From the sequence record OR427838.1: a DNA stretch of 64,000 nt; one strand, written 5' to 3'. Positions within the stretch are counted from its first letter, which is position 1; every line of letters starts with the position of its first letter. Positions 1-9,224 of this stretch are shown here, piece by piece. A program made the position numbers and the translations under genes. This stretch comes from Escherichia phage fDHCT2. The notes under the pieces were generated by a model, which saw only the letters and a list, made by a program, of their open reading frames with translations, did not search any database and was not told where the DNA came from.

Positions 1-255
1 GCCTGGCCCGAAGTCACGGCATACAAAACGAGGGTCCAGTTTACCAGGAACCTGTACTTTCCAACGTTCTTTATTACCATTCAGAATATGAGCATCAATC
101 ATGTTGGTAATTAGTTCACGAACTACAGCACGCACCTTATTACTATAAAGGTCTGATGAAAGAATTTTAAAGACCTTAGGCGAGGCCTGGATAGTAAAGC
201 CTGTGGACTTAGCGCCGTTACCAATGATTTGTTCTTTTTCGGTTTCAATAATCAT
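1..255 (-). CDS. rIIA: rIIA, N-terminal fragment (gene continues beyond window start)
   Basis: minus ATG at 255; translation [17 protein letters not shown]...CRDFGPG matches remembered T4 rIIA N-terminus; runs off window. Confidence 0.8.
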   Translation of the reverse strand, partial: MIIETEKEQIIGNGAKSTGFTIQASPKVFKILSSDLYSNKVRAVVRELITNMIDAHILNGNKERWKVQVPGKLDPRFVCRDFGPG

Positions 256-262
256 ATTTTTC

Positions 263-466
263 TCAATTCAGGTTACGTTTAAAAAGGTCTGCTACTTCAA
301 GGAGCTCGTCCTTAGTAGCGATGTCGTTGAGTATTTTATATCTGATTTCTTTAAAGCGTTCTTTAAAATCCTCAGCTGCATTGATATCAAAAAATCGTTG
401 GATTAACCGGAATTCTTTATGGACGGCTTTATCGAACAAATCAATATTCACTTTAAAGTTTGTCAT
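263..466 (-). CDS. hypothetical small protein (rIIA.1 position)
   Basis: 67-aa ORF directly upstream of rIIA. Confidence 0.5.
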   Translation of the reverse strand: MTNFKVNIDLFDKAVHKEFRLIQRFFDINAAEDFKERFKEIRYKILNDIATKDELLEVADLFKRNLN

Positions 467-776
467 TTTTAACTACCTCATGTTGAACATATTCTCTGGT
501 AGAACCGAGTTCAGCCAGAATTCTTCTCATAGAACCCATTGTACTTTTGTGCTCTCTGTGGCGATACAATATCTCCAGAACCTTTTCCTGGACAACAGGA
601 GAGAGCGCCTGGTTATCTTTAATCTTTAAGGCAATAGATTTTACAGCCTTAAGATATTCTAGCCCCTTACCGCTTGTAATCACTACTCCTTCATCTTTAC
701 AGTTACGAATAGCGGTTTCCATAAAGGATAAAGCCAGGTTGTCAGTGTTCACTATACTGTTATCTTGCATAATCAT
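453..776 (-). CDS. hypothetical protein
   Basis: ORF track start 803 is GTG inside promoter; ATG at 776 preceded by GAGGTGAGAAT. Confidence 0.5.
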   Translation of the reverse strand: MIMQDNSIVNTDNLALSFMETAIRNCKDEGVVITSGKGLEYLKAVKSIALKIKDNQALSPVVQEKVLEILYRHREHKSTMGSMRRILAELGSTREYVQHEVVKNDKL

Positions 777-793
777 ATTCTCACCTCTAGATA

Positions 794-823
794 ATCCTAT
801 CACAGTTTTGTTATGTTGTAAAC
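794..823 (-). promoter_or_regulatory. T4-type early promoter
   Basis: minus GTTTAC (818-823), 18 nt, TAGGAT (794-799); upstream of ORF 453-776. Confidence 0.55.
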
Positions 824-826
824 CCC

Positions 827-847
827 GAAAAGGGCCTTGCGGCCCTT
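827..847 (-). terminator. intrinsic terminator downstream of gp39
   Basis: minus AAGGGCC-GCAA-GGCCCTTTTC hairpin plus U-tract. Confidence 0.65.
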
Positions 848-1045
848 AATTATTCAATTTTGTAGACTTGTCCTCGAACTTGATAAAATTCGCCTTCCCA
901 GGTTTCTACCATAATGGTCACATACTCTGCGAACAAAGGTCTCTTCTCGGCCCAGAGATATCCAAATTCACCGGTGGCTAGCGTTATCCAGTACTTTCTC
1001 ATAAAGTCTCCTAATTGTATGGCACTCATGTACCATACATATTTA

Positions 1046-2863
1046 TTACGACATCCAGGCCTTACGGAGTTGAGGGTCGTTCCCGAGGAGCATTTCGAAC
1101 TGTTCTTTCCAATCTTCAGGCAATTGAACTACATCAAATTTAGGGTCTTGAATCATTCGACGGTATTCAGCCTTCTCAAGAGAACCTAGTCCTTTGATAT
1201 AACGAATAGAATGTTTTGGTAGAGAGTCCTTAGCTTTGGTATAACTAGGGACATCATAGAACCATTCTTGTTCTTTACCAATCTGAGCAATAATTACAGG
1301 AGTTTTACAGAATCGTACTCGGCCTTGTTCGAATAATTCAGGCCATTGACTAAAGAAGGCTAACAATGACGGATAAATCGAGCCTGTACCATCCACATCG
1401 GCATCAGTCATAATAGCGATATTACGATAGTTAGTTTTATCTGCAGGTTCGCCAATAACCAGTCCAGTGATTGCACAGATATCAAACAATTCTTTGTTCT
1501 TCATGATATCAACTGCAGGCATACCCCAGGTATTCATAACCTTACCACGTAATGGATAACCGCCTTGAAGGTCTTTATTACGTACTTCAATGAAAGGACC
1601 CATTGCTGAATCACCTTCAGTCAAGAACAGAGTTGTATCGGCATCTTTACCATACATATTGGCTTTAATATGCTTATGGACTTTAGCTTTCAAAGCTTTC
1701 TTAGCGGCTTTTGTTTCTGCTGCTTTTTCGGCTGCTAATTTACGTGCTAAAGCAGCTTCGACGATAGGCATAATCAACCCATCGACCTTAAGAATCATCG
1801 ATGCAATTTTCTTAGCATCAATTTGGATATGGCTACGAATCTCGCCAAACGGGGAGGTCAAACGCTCTTTAGTCTGGGAATCAAAACGCATATTACTCAT
1901 ATCACGAATGAACATTACCATCGTAAGGCATTCTTTAACACGAGCCTTAGTTACTTCAATTCCACGATATTTCTTTTTAATACCAGGCAGAAGGTGCTCA
2001 CAAATGTCATCGAATACACATTCAACGTGGTGTCCACCATTCTTGGTATGGATATTATTTACATACGTCAGTTGACGGAACCCATCCGGAGAAGGAGTAA
2101 ATGCCATCGAAACATTATCAGTTTCTTGGATTACAAAGTCATCACCAAATTGCTTAGCATACTTTTTAAAGTTGCCATCTACTTTTTTACCATTAAAAGT
2201 AAATTGGATATCAGGATAAATTACAGCTAGGGTTTTAAGACGATCTAAAGTAATATCCAGATAAATTTGGGTCAAACTATTTTCTTCGAAATGGTTAAAG
2301 TCTGGAGTGAATATAACCGAAGTGCCTTTATCTTTGGATTTCTTAGTAGTCCAACCTTTGTTTTCCATTCCGTTAGAACAGTTAACAGTAATCTCATTCT
2401 CGCCATCAGAGGTGATGCCTGTGAACAAAACAGAGAAGATATTAGTTAAACTACTACCGACACCATTCATGCCGCCTGTCTTACGCTCAGCGTCATCTCC
2501 AAAGTTACCACCAGCCTTTGGAATAGTCCATGCAGCTACAGGACCCGGAATTTGTTCCCTGTTTTGGTCAGTAACCATTGCTTGTGGAATACCACGGCCA
2601 TTATCGGAAACTGAAACCTGATTATTCTTAATTCGGACATCAATTTTGTTTGCGAATTTAAAATTAGTACGAATAGCTTCATCGACAGAGTTATCAATGA
2701 TTTCGTCAATTAATTTAACTAGCCCTGGAACATAGTTCACCTGGGTAAAATTACCAAACAGGAATCGACCGTGAGCTTCATTAGCACTTGAGCCAATATA
2801 CATCCCACTACGTTTTTTGATATGTTCAATGTCGGACAGTACTTTAATTTCATTCTTAATCAT
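1046..2863 (-). CDS. 39: DNA topoisomerase II large subunit, contiguous gp39+gp60
   Basis: 605 aa; MIKNEIKVLSDIEHIKKRSGMYIGS..., C-terminal ...IMTDADVDGTGSIYPSLL...LRKAWMS matches T4 gp39 and gp60 without interruption. Confidence 0.95.
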   Translation of the reverse strand: MIKNEIKVLSDIEHIKKRSGMYIGSSANEAHGRFLFGNFTQVNYVPGLVKLIDEIIDNSVDEAIRTNFKFANKIDVRIKNNQVSVSDNGRGIPQAMVTDQNREQIPGPVAAWTIPKAGGNFGDDAERKTGGMNGVGSSLTNIFSVLFTGITSDGENEITVNCSNGMENKGWTTKKSKDKGTSVIFTPDFNHFEENSLTQIYLDITLDRLKTLAVIYPDIQFTFNGKKVDGNFKKYAKQFGDDFVIQETDNVSMAFTPSPDGFRQLTYVNNIHTKNGGHHVECVFDDICEHLLPGIKKKYRGIEVTKARVKECLTMVMFIRDMSNMRFDSQTKERLTSPFGEIRSHIQIDAKKIASMILKVDGLIMPIVEAALARKLAAEKAAETKAAKKALKAKVHKHIKANMYGKDADTTLFLTEGDSAMGPFIEVRNKDLQGGYPLRGKVMNTWGMPAVDIMKNKELFDICAITGLVIGEPADKTNYRNIAIMTDADVDGTGSIYPSLLAFFSQWPELFEQGRVRFCKTPVIIAQIGKEQEWFYDVPSYTKAKDSLPKHSIRYIKGLGSLEKAEYRRMIQDPKFDVVQLPEDWKEQFEMLLGNDPQLRKAWMS

Positions 2864-2887
2864 GTTATTTCCTCATGTAGTAGGAGA

Positions 2888-2913
2888 ATATTATCCCATT
2901 TCACTTAAAGCAT
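2888..2913 (-). promoter_or_regulatory. putative MotA-dependent middle promoter for gene 39
   Basis: minus aTGCTTTAAg MotA-box-like (2905-2913), 11 nt, TAATAT (2888-2893); about 25 nt upstream of ATG. Confidence 0.45.
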
Positions 2914-2917
2914 AAAA

Positions 2918-2929
2918 GGGCCGAGGCCC
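2918..2929 (-). terminator. short GC hairpin plus U-tract after lipoprotein gene
   Basis: minus GGGCC-tc-GGCCC followed by TTTTAT, directly after stop at 2930. Confidence 0.45.
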
Positions 2930-3190
2930 TTAATCAAATCGAATGGTCGACTTTTTAAAGAATAACCCAGAACAAACTGTTCCTTCAACCCTTTTACCTG
3001 TCGGCCCTACAGCAATAAAGCCTGTACGCTGGAAATCATCTTCAGAACAGCCGAATAAGTTGTATCCTGTGATTTGGATTTGTTCGTAGCCATTTGCATC
3101 CAATACACGGGTAGCATTATCGGCATCAGTACAACCAACCAACGAAACTGCTAGTACAAGAGCCGCAATAGAACGATTAACATATTTCAT
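2930..3190 (-). CDS. small lipoprotein
   Basis: 86 aa; signal peptide with lipobox LAVSLVGC. Confidence 0.6.
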   Translation of the reverse strand: MKYVNRSIAALVLAVSLVGCTDADNATRVLDANGYEQIQITGYNLFGCSEDDFQRTGFIAVGPTGKRVEGTVCSGLFFKKSTIRFD

Positions 3191-3196
3191 AATTTC

Positions 3197-3373
3197 TCAC
3201 TTAGTTAGCAGGTCATAGAACCCGCCGTTAACATGTTTAGGAGCTGAAACTAACCGAACAGCCAGCCGATGGCAATCAGGGCAAACATCATTATCTCTTT
3301 CAGAGATTTTCTTGATTTTTTCGTATTCTTTTGCACAGTCTTCGGATTGGCATTTGTAATCATAAAGTGGCAT
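3197..3373 (-). CDS. FmdB-family zinc-ribbon protein (58 aa, below ORF-track cutoff)
   Basis: hand translation MPLYDYKCQSEDCAKEYEKIKKISERDNDVCPDCHRLAVRLVSAPKH...; RBS AAGGAA. Confidence 0.55.
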   Translation of the reverse strand: MPLYDYKCQSEDCAKEYEKIKKISERDNDVCPDCHRLAVRLVSAPKHVNGGFYDLLTK

Positions 3374-3374
3374 A

Positions 3375-3761
3375 TTATTCCTTAAAGTGGGCTTTCAACA
3401 TCTGGTAAACGGTCCAGGCTTCAGAATTATTGGAGATAGTGATTTTGGTCAAAGGGAATTCGCTTGGCTCAGATGGAGCTGCGTCTTCAGACTGGTCTTC
3501 GTCTTCACTGTCAACTTCAACCATTTCTGTAAAGAATTTACGCTCACTAGCGTATATAACCATATCTTTATTATCGCCGTAAACCAGGTCGAAGTTGATT
3601 ACGCATCCGTTTGAAATTTTAACCGGGGAAAAACCTTCACCTTCAATAATAACATCGGCTACAATATTATTGATATCTCTACGACGGAATTCAGCTTCTG
3701 CCGCATCATCTTTAAAATAGTACCATTTACCTTTTTCAAATTCGAGTTCTTGATTAAGCAT
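3375..3761 (-). CDS. hypothetical acidic protein
   Basis: track ORF 3375-3854 trimmed to internal ATG 3761 (RBS GGAAGGAAA) to remove overlap. Confidence 0.5.
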   Translation of the reverse strand: MLNQELEFEKGKWYYFKDDAAEAEFRRRDINNIVADVIIEGEGFSPVKISNGCVINFDLVYGDNKDMVIYASERKFFTEMVEVDSEDEDQSEDAAPSEPSEFPLTKITISNNSEAWTVYQMLKAHFKE

Positions 3762-3972
3762 TGTAAGTTTCCTTCCAGAAGTCAGTACCTTCAGCAGTGA
3801 TTTCACGGAACACTGCATAGATAGGGTTTTTATCACCTTGATTTTCGTATACATAAACCGACGTTAAATGAGAAAACGTATCAGAATGTTCCTTTTGAAC
3901 CACGATTAAATCAGGGTTGAACAGAACATCTTCAAATTCTTCACGAGTAGAGTTCACAGTAACTTTAGCCAT
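3754..3972 (-). CDS. hypothetical protein (cef position)
   Basis: 72-aa ORF, RBS GAGAGGAAA, early promoter upstream. Confidence 0.5.
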   Translation of the reverse strand: MAKVTVNSTREEFEDVLFNPDLIVVQKEHSDTFSHLTSVYVYENQGDKNPIYAVFREITAEGTDFWKETYNA

Positions 3973-4002
3973 TTTATTTTCCTCTCGTTTGTTGATAGGG
4001 CA

Positions 4003-4032
4003 ATAATATCACTACCCTACCATAGTGTATAC
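4003..4032 (-). promoter_or_regulatory. T4-type early promoter
   Basis: minus GTATAC (4027-4032), 18 nt, TATTAT (4003-4008), then CCCTATCAAC. Confidence 0.55.
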
Positions 4033-4046
4033 TGTTTTTTTAAACT

Positions 4047-4613
4047 TTATGCAAAATGAATATCAGCGTACTCAACGATAAAGCTCTCAGGAACAACCTT
4101 AAAAGTTCCAAGGAACACGATATTATACAATTTGACACCTTCTTCAACCCACTGGTCGGTGATGTAACCGGACATACTAGTGGTTTCATAAGTCGGACCG
4201 TACTTGCATTTGTATTCAAACGGTTTAGGTGAAACGAAAAAGACACCTTTACCTAATTTCCATTTGAAATCAACGCCGACATGAGATTGGTCAATAGTTT
4301 CAACGTCTTGAGCTACTACGCCACGGATATCATTGCTTTCACATACATACCCATCATGGGATTCAACTTCTTCAACTACAGGAGCGATGTATCCGGTAAA
4401 TTCAGTCGATTCCAAGAATTTAGCACGCACATAACCGAATTGAGTTTCAGTCTGGGGATTTTTAGGAATGATACGAACTTTTACTTCATAATTTTCTTCA
4501 CTGACACCTTCTTTAAGTTGGATGCTAACAACTTCAACTAAACTGCCCGCAGCTTTTGAACGAGACTTTTTGGATACACGAACGATACTGCCGATATCGG
4601 AAATAGTAATCAT
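4047..4613 (-). CDS. hypothetical protein, paralog of 4687-5238
   Basis: 188 aa; shared C-terminal ...TDQW(V/I)E(E/D)GV(K/E)L(Y/L)N(I/V)V...VVP(E/R)S... Confidence 0.6.
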   Translation of the reverse strand: MITISDIGSIVRVSKKSRSKAAGSLVEVVSIQLKEGVSEENYEVKVRIIPKNPQTETQFGYVRAKFLESTEFTGYIAPVVEEVESHDGYVCESNDIRGVVAQDVETIDQSHVGVDFKWKLGKGVFFVSPKPFEYKCKYGPTYETTSMSGYITDQWVEEGVKLYNIVFLGTFKVVPESFIVEYADIHFA

Positions 4614-4655
4614 AATTTTTCTCTCTTGGTTAAAGGTTTATAATCCATGAGAGCC

Positions 4656-4684
4656 ATTATAACATGGCTCTCGATAAAGTAAAC
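4656..4684 (-). promoter_or_regulatory. T4-type early promoter
   Basis: minus GTTTAC (4679-4684), 17 nt, TATAAT (4656-4661); -10 in loop of GAGAGCCA/TGGCTCTC repeat. Confidence 0.65.
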
Positions 4685-4686
4685 TA

Positions 4687-5238
4687 TTAATTCAATACAT
4701 TAACCACTGCACTACGAGGTACTACGCTAAAATCACCAGCATGTACAACGTTCAGGAGTTCAACACCATCTTCAATCCACTGGTCTGTTACCCAACCACA
4801 GATAGGATTATCAAAAGGACGACGGATAGCCACTGCAGCACACAGAAGGTCGGTAGGGTCTTGTTCGACTTCGACTTCACGGAAAAGCCCAAATTCAGCT
4901 TCATAGACTAGGATTTTCTCTACTTTGTTATTATCTAACCGGCGGCCATGTATTACGTAAGATTTAGTAAACCAGTCACTTTTGGCGAATTCTTCAACAA
5001 TAAATTCGCCTTCGCCAAAAACATCAGTCAGAGTTTTATAACCGGAAATCAAGGCCTTAGTTTTAATTTCAGGTTCAACCAGTTTGTAGGTTTTGCCGAT
5101 TTCGATAGTCTGAGTAGTCATAGCGGTTTCCTTAATTTCCAGTGGTTTAACAGGGCATACATAAGTGCTTAAAACATCAAAATCAATCAGTTTAGCTGCC
5201 GGATTCGGGGTGTATTTAGGGTTGTAATTAAATTTCAT
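4687..5238 (-). CDS. hypothetical protein, paralog of 4047-4613
   Basis: 183-aa ORF; see paralog. Confidence 0.6.
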   Translation of the reverse strand: MKFNYNPKYTPNPAAKLIDFDVLSTYVCPVKPLEIKETAMTTQTIEIGKTYKLVEPEIKTKALISGYKTLTDVFGEGEFIVEEFAKSDWFTKSYVIHGRRLDNNKVEKILVYEAEFGLFREVEVEQDPTDLLCAAVAIRRPFDNPICGWVTDQWIEDGVELLNVVHAGDFSVVPRSAVVNVLN

Positions 5239-5744
5239 ATTGTTCTCAATTCAATAAAATCTACGAGTTCGGCATAGGATTTGCGGAACATTACTTGGCG
5301 GTCACCAATGACAACCTCATCTTCAGGTATTTCGTAAACAGCAAGATAGAATCCTTTAGAAGATAATTCTTCACGCTCTTCACGAGTGAACCAGCGCATC
5401 ATATCATACTCGCTGGCAAAAGCAAAATGGTAGAGATTAACAAACCAACCTGGAATATAATCATCACAGCCTTCATAATCAGGCTGGTTCCACTTAGTTC
5501 TAATGCTTTTATTAGAATTTTCCACCAACAAATTGTCTTGACCGGGTAGCGGAATATTTTTATTATTGGTATGGTGGTGCCTAAAATTGGGTCTGTCGAA
5601 ACCTACTTCCAATAACCAGCCTTCACTCCATTCGTCAAATGAGCCTCTATACGGTGTTAATTGGCGGCACTGTAGGTGGGTGATTGCTATGACATCGCTG
5701 TTATCTAAGATACTAAACGATGACTCAACTCGATAAATTTTCAT
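5235..5744 (-). CDS. hypothetical protein
   Basis: 169-aa ORF, RBS GAGGAG. Confidence 0.55.
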   Translation of the reverse strand: MKIYRVESSFSILDNSDVIAITHLQCRQLTPYRGSFDEWSEGWLLEVGFDRPNFRHHHTNNKNIPLPGQDNLLVENSNKSIRTKWNQPDYEGCDDYIPGWFVNLYHFAFASEYDMMRWFTREEREELSSKGFYLAVYEIPEDEVVIGDRQVMFRKSYAELVDFIELRTI

Positions 5745-5771
5745 TTTGTTCTCCTCATGTTGATAGGGTAG

Positions 5772-5800
5772 ATAATATCATGTCATGAGGAGAAGTAAAC
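5772..5800 (-). promoter_or_regulatory. T4-type early promoter
   Basis: minus GTTTAC (5795-5800), 17 nt, TATTAT (5772-5777), CTATCAAC; flanked by CTCCTCATG/CATGAGGAG repeat. Confidence 0.65.
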
Positions 5801-5804
5801 ACTT

Positions 5805-6479
5805 TTATCGATTTTTTACACTTAACGGGTCAGGATTCTCAGGGACATCTTCCAGGCCCAAGGCATAACGTTGAGCATATTTCAGCATCAAGATGTCCTT
5901 GGCACAGTCATGGATAGAGTCATGAGCAACAAAGCCATTCAATGTTCCGTTAGGCAGAGGACACATGCTCAATCCGCGAGTCAGTGAATAGGCTTCGATA
6001 GCCGTACGGATATCACGTTGGTTCCAGAATTTAACCGGTTCTAATTTACTGGTATCAATTTCATTCTCAGGAACACCTTCAGAACGATAAGCATCGCGAA
6101 TAAGGTCGACTAAGATAGGAAAGTCAAATGACATTCCACGACACCACATCTGTGATTTCCACTGGTCTACATCATTTTTACGGCAATATTCTAAGAAGTT
6201 GCCGATGCCGATAGAAGTGCTCACATCCATTTCGGACGGCGCCAGGTTTTTACGTGCTTCGGGCCCTTGTTCTTTCCACCACTGTAAAGTGCTTTTAGAA
6301 AACAGTCGTTTATCACGTTGAGAAGCTAGGTCAAATTTAATACGAAGGCCTCGTTGAGTAAGCTCTTCAAACGTTTCTACTACCTCTGGATTTGGGTCGT
6401 AAGCAATTACGGCTAGGTCAATAACCGCCGCATTTTGGGTAGTGGCAAAGGTTTCGAAGTCAATAATTACATCTTTCAT
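5805..6479 (-). CDS. dexA: exonuclease A (DEDD 3'-5' exonuclease)
   Basis: 224 aa; MKDVIIDFETF... exonuclease motif; T4 position upstream of dda. Confidence 0.85.
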   Translation of the reverse strand: MKDVIIDFETFATTQNAAVIDLAVIAYDPNPEVVETFEELTQRGLRIKFDLASQRDKRLFSKSTLQWWKEQGPEARKNLAPSEMDVSTSIGIGNFLEYCRKNDVDQWKSQMWCRGMSFDFPILVDLIRDAYRSEGVPENEIDTSKLEPVKFWNQRDIRTAIEAYSLTRGLSMCPLPNGTLNGFVAHDSIHDCAKDILMLKYAQRYALGLEDVPENPDPLSVKNR

Positions 6480-6715
6480 TTAACGTACCTCATAAGGTCA
6501 CGGATTTGACCAACGGTGTAGTCTTCAATATAAACTGAAGAGATATTGTCGTCCATTAGACGCTGTATTGCGATAAAATCACTTTCAATCTCTTTAAGAG
6601 AATGCAAGACCTTATGAGCCTTGCCACGGATATTTGTATCGTCTTGGTTGACCTTAATAATATATTCTGTTTCAAATTTCAACTTATAAAATTGGTCTTT
6701 AGTTACTTTAATCAT
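6476..6715 (-). CDS. hypothetical small protein
   Basis: track ORF trimmed to ATG 6715 (RBS GAGGAAAAT) to avoid overlap with dda. Confidence 0.45.
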   Translation of the reverse strand: MIKVTKDQFYKLKFETEYIIKVNQDDTNIRGKAHKVLHSLKEIESDFIAIQRLMDDNISSVYIEDYTVGQIRDLMRYVK

Positions 6716-6722
6716 ATTTTCC

Positions 6723-8054
6723 TCAAACATAGTAGGCATCAGTACGAGCACGAGTAATACTAACATAAGCTAGCTGTGAAGCTAAATTCGCATCAGCCAT
6801 GTGCATACATGGGGTATAGATGAAACTGTTCTGGACAGTAAGACCCTGTGATTTATGGACGGTACTCACCGGAAGAGCCCGAACCTTAGTGAACATTCGC
6901 TTGGCTTTCCAGAAATCAGCCCACTTAGGTTTCTTACCTGTTCCACGCATAGCTTTGTACTCTGTAGCAACCTTAGCCAAGAAATAATGGAACTTCTCAA
7001 CTGAAGCCTCATCGATAACCTTTAAATGCTCTACATAGTACTCGTCGTCTTCATCAACAGATTCTACTTGTAGGTCCCAGTAATTAATCATTTGACGAGT
7101 GCCTACGTCCTTAGCAGACAAGAACAATGAGGTATGATTCACATCCAGAATACGAACCATTTGCCCGTTATTAAAAATGGTTTCAGAGAATTTCTTACCG
7201 TCGTATTCGAGCTCCTTCATAAAAGGCTCTTGCATCACGAGGATTTCACCCTTGATATAAGGTGCATCAGTTTCATAAAGCTTTTTACGAATAATGCTAT
7301 TCAGCTTTTCAACCGATTTATTTGTATAAGCAAACATCCTATTTTCAAATAAGGCATCCGCGTCTTTTACGATGGAAAAATAATTCATCATAAAATCTTT
7401 TAAAGCCGTTTGAGATTTAAAACCATGGACCCCGTGACCTTCGAATATACAATCTCGGAACCATCCACCATTACGGATTTCAGTAGCAACCTCAATGATA
7501 GGGGCATTACTACGCATTACTTCAGTAAGGTGCAGCTGTTTAATTTTAGGATGGGTAAAGAATGGAGACAACTGAGGACTACCATCACTTCCTGGTTCTA
7601 CAGGTTGTAACTGTGCTCGGTCGCCAATCCCTAGTACAGTGCACCATGGTGGAACCGACGCTTCGATAATCTTAAACAACTTGCCGTCAATCATCGAGCC
7701 TTCGTCGACCACAAGAACATTACATTTGCTCAAATCAGGAGCTTCACGCTGTTCAAAAATATCCTGGTCTTCGTATGTAGTCGGGTTAATCTTTAAGATT
7801 CGGTGGATTGTTGATGCTTCTTGGCCTGCGAGTTTCGACAATACCTTCTTGGCCGCGTGTGTAGGTGCGGTCAAAATAACTCCGAGTTCGCCATTCTTGA
7901 CTAAGTGGTCAAGAATAAATTTAGTAAGGGTCGTTTTACCTGTACCCGCAGGACCATTCAATGTAATCCATTCACCCTTACGTCGTTTAATAGCTTCAAT
8001 GATTTCTTTAAAGGCCGTCCGTTGCCCAATATTCAAGTCTTCAAATGTAATCAT
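6723..8054 (-). CDS. dda: Dda DNA helicase
   Basis: 443 aa; ...ITLNGPAGTGKTTLTKFI... near-collinear with remembered T4 Dda. Confidence 0.95.
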   Translation of the reverse strand: MITFEDLNIGQRTAFKEIIEAIKRRKGEWITLNGPAGTGKTTLTKFILDHLVKNGELGVILTAPTHAAKKVLSKLAGQEASTIHRILKINPTTYEDQDIFEQREAPDLSKCNVLVVDEGSMIDGKLFKIIEASVPPWCTVLGIGDRAQLQPVEPGSDGSPQLSPFFTHPKIKQLHLTEVMRSNAPIIEVATEIRNGGWFRDCIFEGHGVHGFKSQTALKDFMMNYFSIVKDADALFENRMFAYTNKSVEKLNSIIRKKLYETDAPYIKGEILVMQEPFMKELEYDGKKFSETIFNNGQMVRILDVNHTSLFLSAKDVGTRQMINYWDLQVESVDEDDEYYVEHLKVIDEASVEKFHYFLAKVATEYKAMRGTGKKPKWADFWKAKRMFTKVRALPVSTVHKSQGLTVQNSFIYTPCMHMADANLASQLAYVSITRARTDAYYV

Positions 8055-8350
8055 GCCAATTTTACTCGCTTAACATATAAAGTGTCTAAAACTAATTTCA
8101 ATTCTCGAGCTCGTTCTTCGGTAGGATATACTGTTTTAGTTTCCCACTTATCAAACCACCATTTTCTAGGTGTGCACACCGTTTCAAGGCGTCCAAGCCG
8201 AAGATACCTTTTTGTTGCCATTTCATAAACGGATAGAGCGGTGTCGGCTCCAATCTTTGTCGAATACAAAGTCACTTCACCGGCCTCTTCCAATGGAATT
8301 TCGTACCCGTCTTTGTCCTTGTGAACTAATACGTATGCATAGTACATCAC
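8051..8350 (-). CDS. hypothetical protein (dda.1 position)
   Basis: 99-aa ORF. Confidence 0.5.
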   Translation of the reverse strand: MMYYAYVLVHKDKDGYEIPLEEAGEVTLYSTKIGADTALSVYEMATKRYLRLGRLETVCTPRKWWFDKWETKTVYPTEERARELKLVLDTLYVKRVKLA

Positions 8351-8351
8351 G

Positions 8352-9086
8352 TTAACCTCTAATCAGTGAAAAAATTGAAGCATTCAGCGGAAGACCTTTT
8401 TTCAACTTCATTTTGTCAATAAAAGAAAGGTGTTCTAAACGCTCCAGACCTTGGATAATTTTATCATACATATCGTAACGCGTTTCTGCTTCAGACAATT
8501 TAAACTTGACGCGCCAATCGGGCCCACCAATTAAAGATTTAAGGCCTTTTTCCATAGTACCGATTGAAGCGTTAGAACCGTGGATACGAGCCTTAACCGC
8601 GATGACAGAAGGGGTCTTATCAGTAGCTCCTGATTTAATAAGGTCCTTAAGACGTTTTTCACGCTTTTTAAGGCCTCTTTGAGTATCTTTAATATTTTTA
8701 ACTATTTTACGAATTTTATAATAGTTATCGGGGGTGACTTTAAAACTATTAGGCATTTTAGAACTACCTGAAATACGGACCGCTAAACGGGTTTGTGCAC
8801 GTTTCAATTCGTCTAGAGACAAATCAGCACGTAAGCTGTTGTACTTAACTTTAACCGGGATTACATTACCTTCAATATAACCGATATCATTATTAAAACG
8901 TTCAAATGAAATCTTATCACTAACTGAATTCTCATCAAAGCGCTCGCCTGAATAAGCACACACCTTTTGTTCGAGAAGTCTACGAACATACTTACTAGAC
9001 AGGTTGAAGTCCTTACCACGTTTTTTGGCGGAAGCTTTAGTGTGTTCGCGACGTTTATAAACCTTTAATTCAAATTCAGGGGTCAT
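8352..9086 (-). CDS. hypothetical protein (srd position) with degenerate HNH-like motif
   Basis: 244 aa; CAYSGERF...ISFERFNNDIGYIEGNVIPV. Confidence 0.55.
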   Translation of the reverse strand: MTPEFELKVYKRREHTKASAKKRGKDFNLSSKYVRRLLEQKVCAYSGERFDENSVSDKISFERFNNDIGYIEGNVIPVKVKYNSLRADLSLDELKRAQTRLAVRISGSSKMPNSFKVTPDNYYKIRKIVKNIKDTQRGLKKREKRLKDLIKSGATDKTPSVIAVKARIHGSNASIGTMEKGLKSLIGGPDWRVKFKLSEAETRYDMYDKIIQGLERLEHLSFIDKMKLKKGLPLNASIFSLIRG

Positions 9087-9126
9087 GATATTTTTCTCAT
9101 CTTACGGACGATTAGTTGATATGTCT

Positions 9127-9155
9127 ATAGTATCACGGTACTCGATAAAGTAAAC
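9127..9155 (-). promoter_or_regulatory. T4-type early promoter
   Basis: minus GTTTAC (9150-9155), 17 nt, TGATACTAT, then AGACATATCAAC. Confidence 0.65.
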
Positions 9156-9224
9156 ACTTTTTTGCTTTAAATTTTCGACGGTATAATGAATCAAGGACTT
9201 TGCCTTTCAATTAAACCGGGTGGT

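Noticed and set aside
2400-2500. Gene 60-type 50-nt translational bypass at the gp39/gp60 junction
   Set aside because: The reading frame is continuous across the junction with no stop or take-off/landing codon pair.
1590-2621. Plus-strand ORFs 1590-2075, 1823-2230, 2307-2621 inside gene 39
   Set aside because: Antisense shadows of a homology-supported minus-strand gene; the same applies to other plus ORFs such as 7639-8073, 35806-36261, 61152-61643 and 62850-63218.
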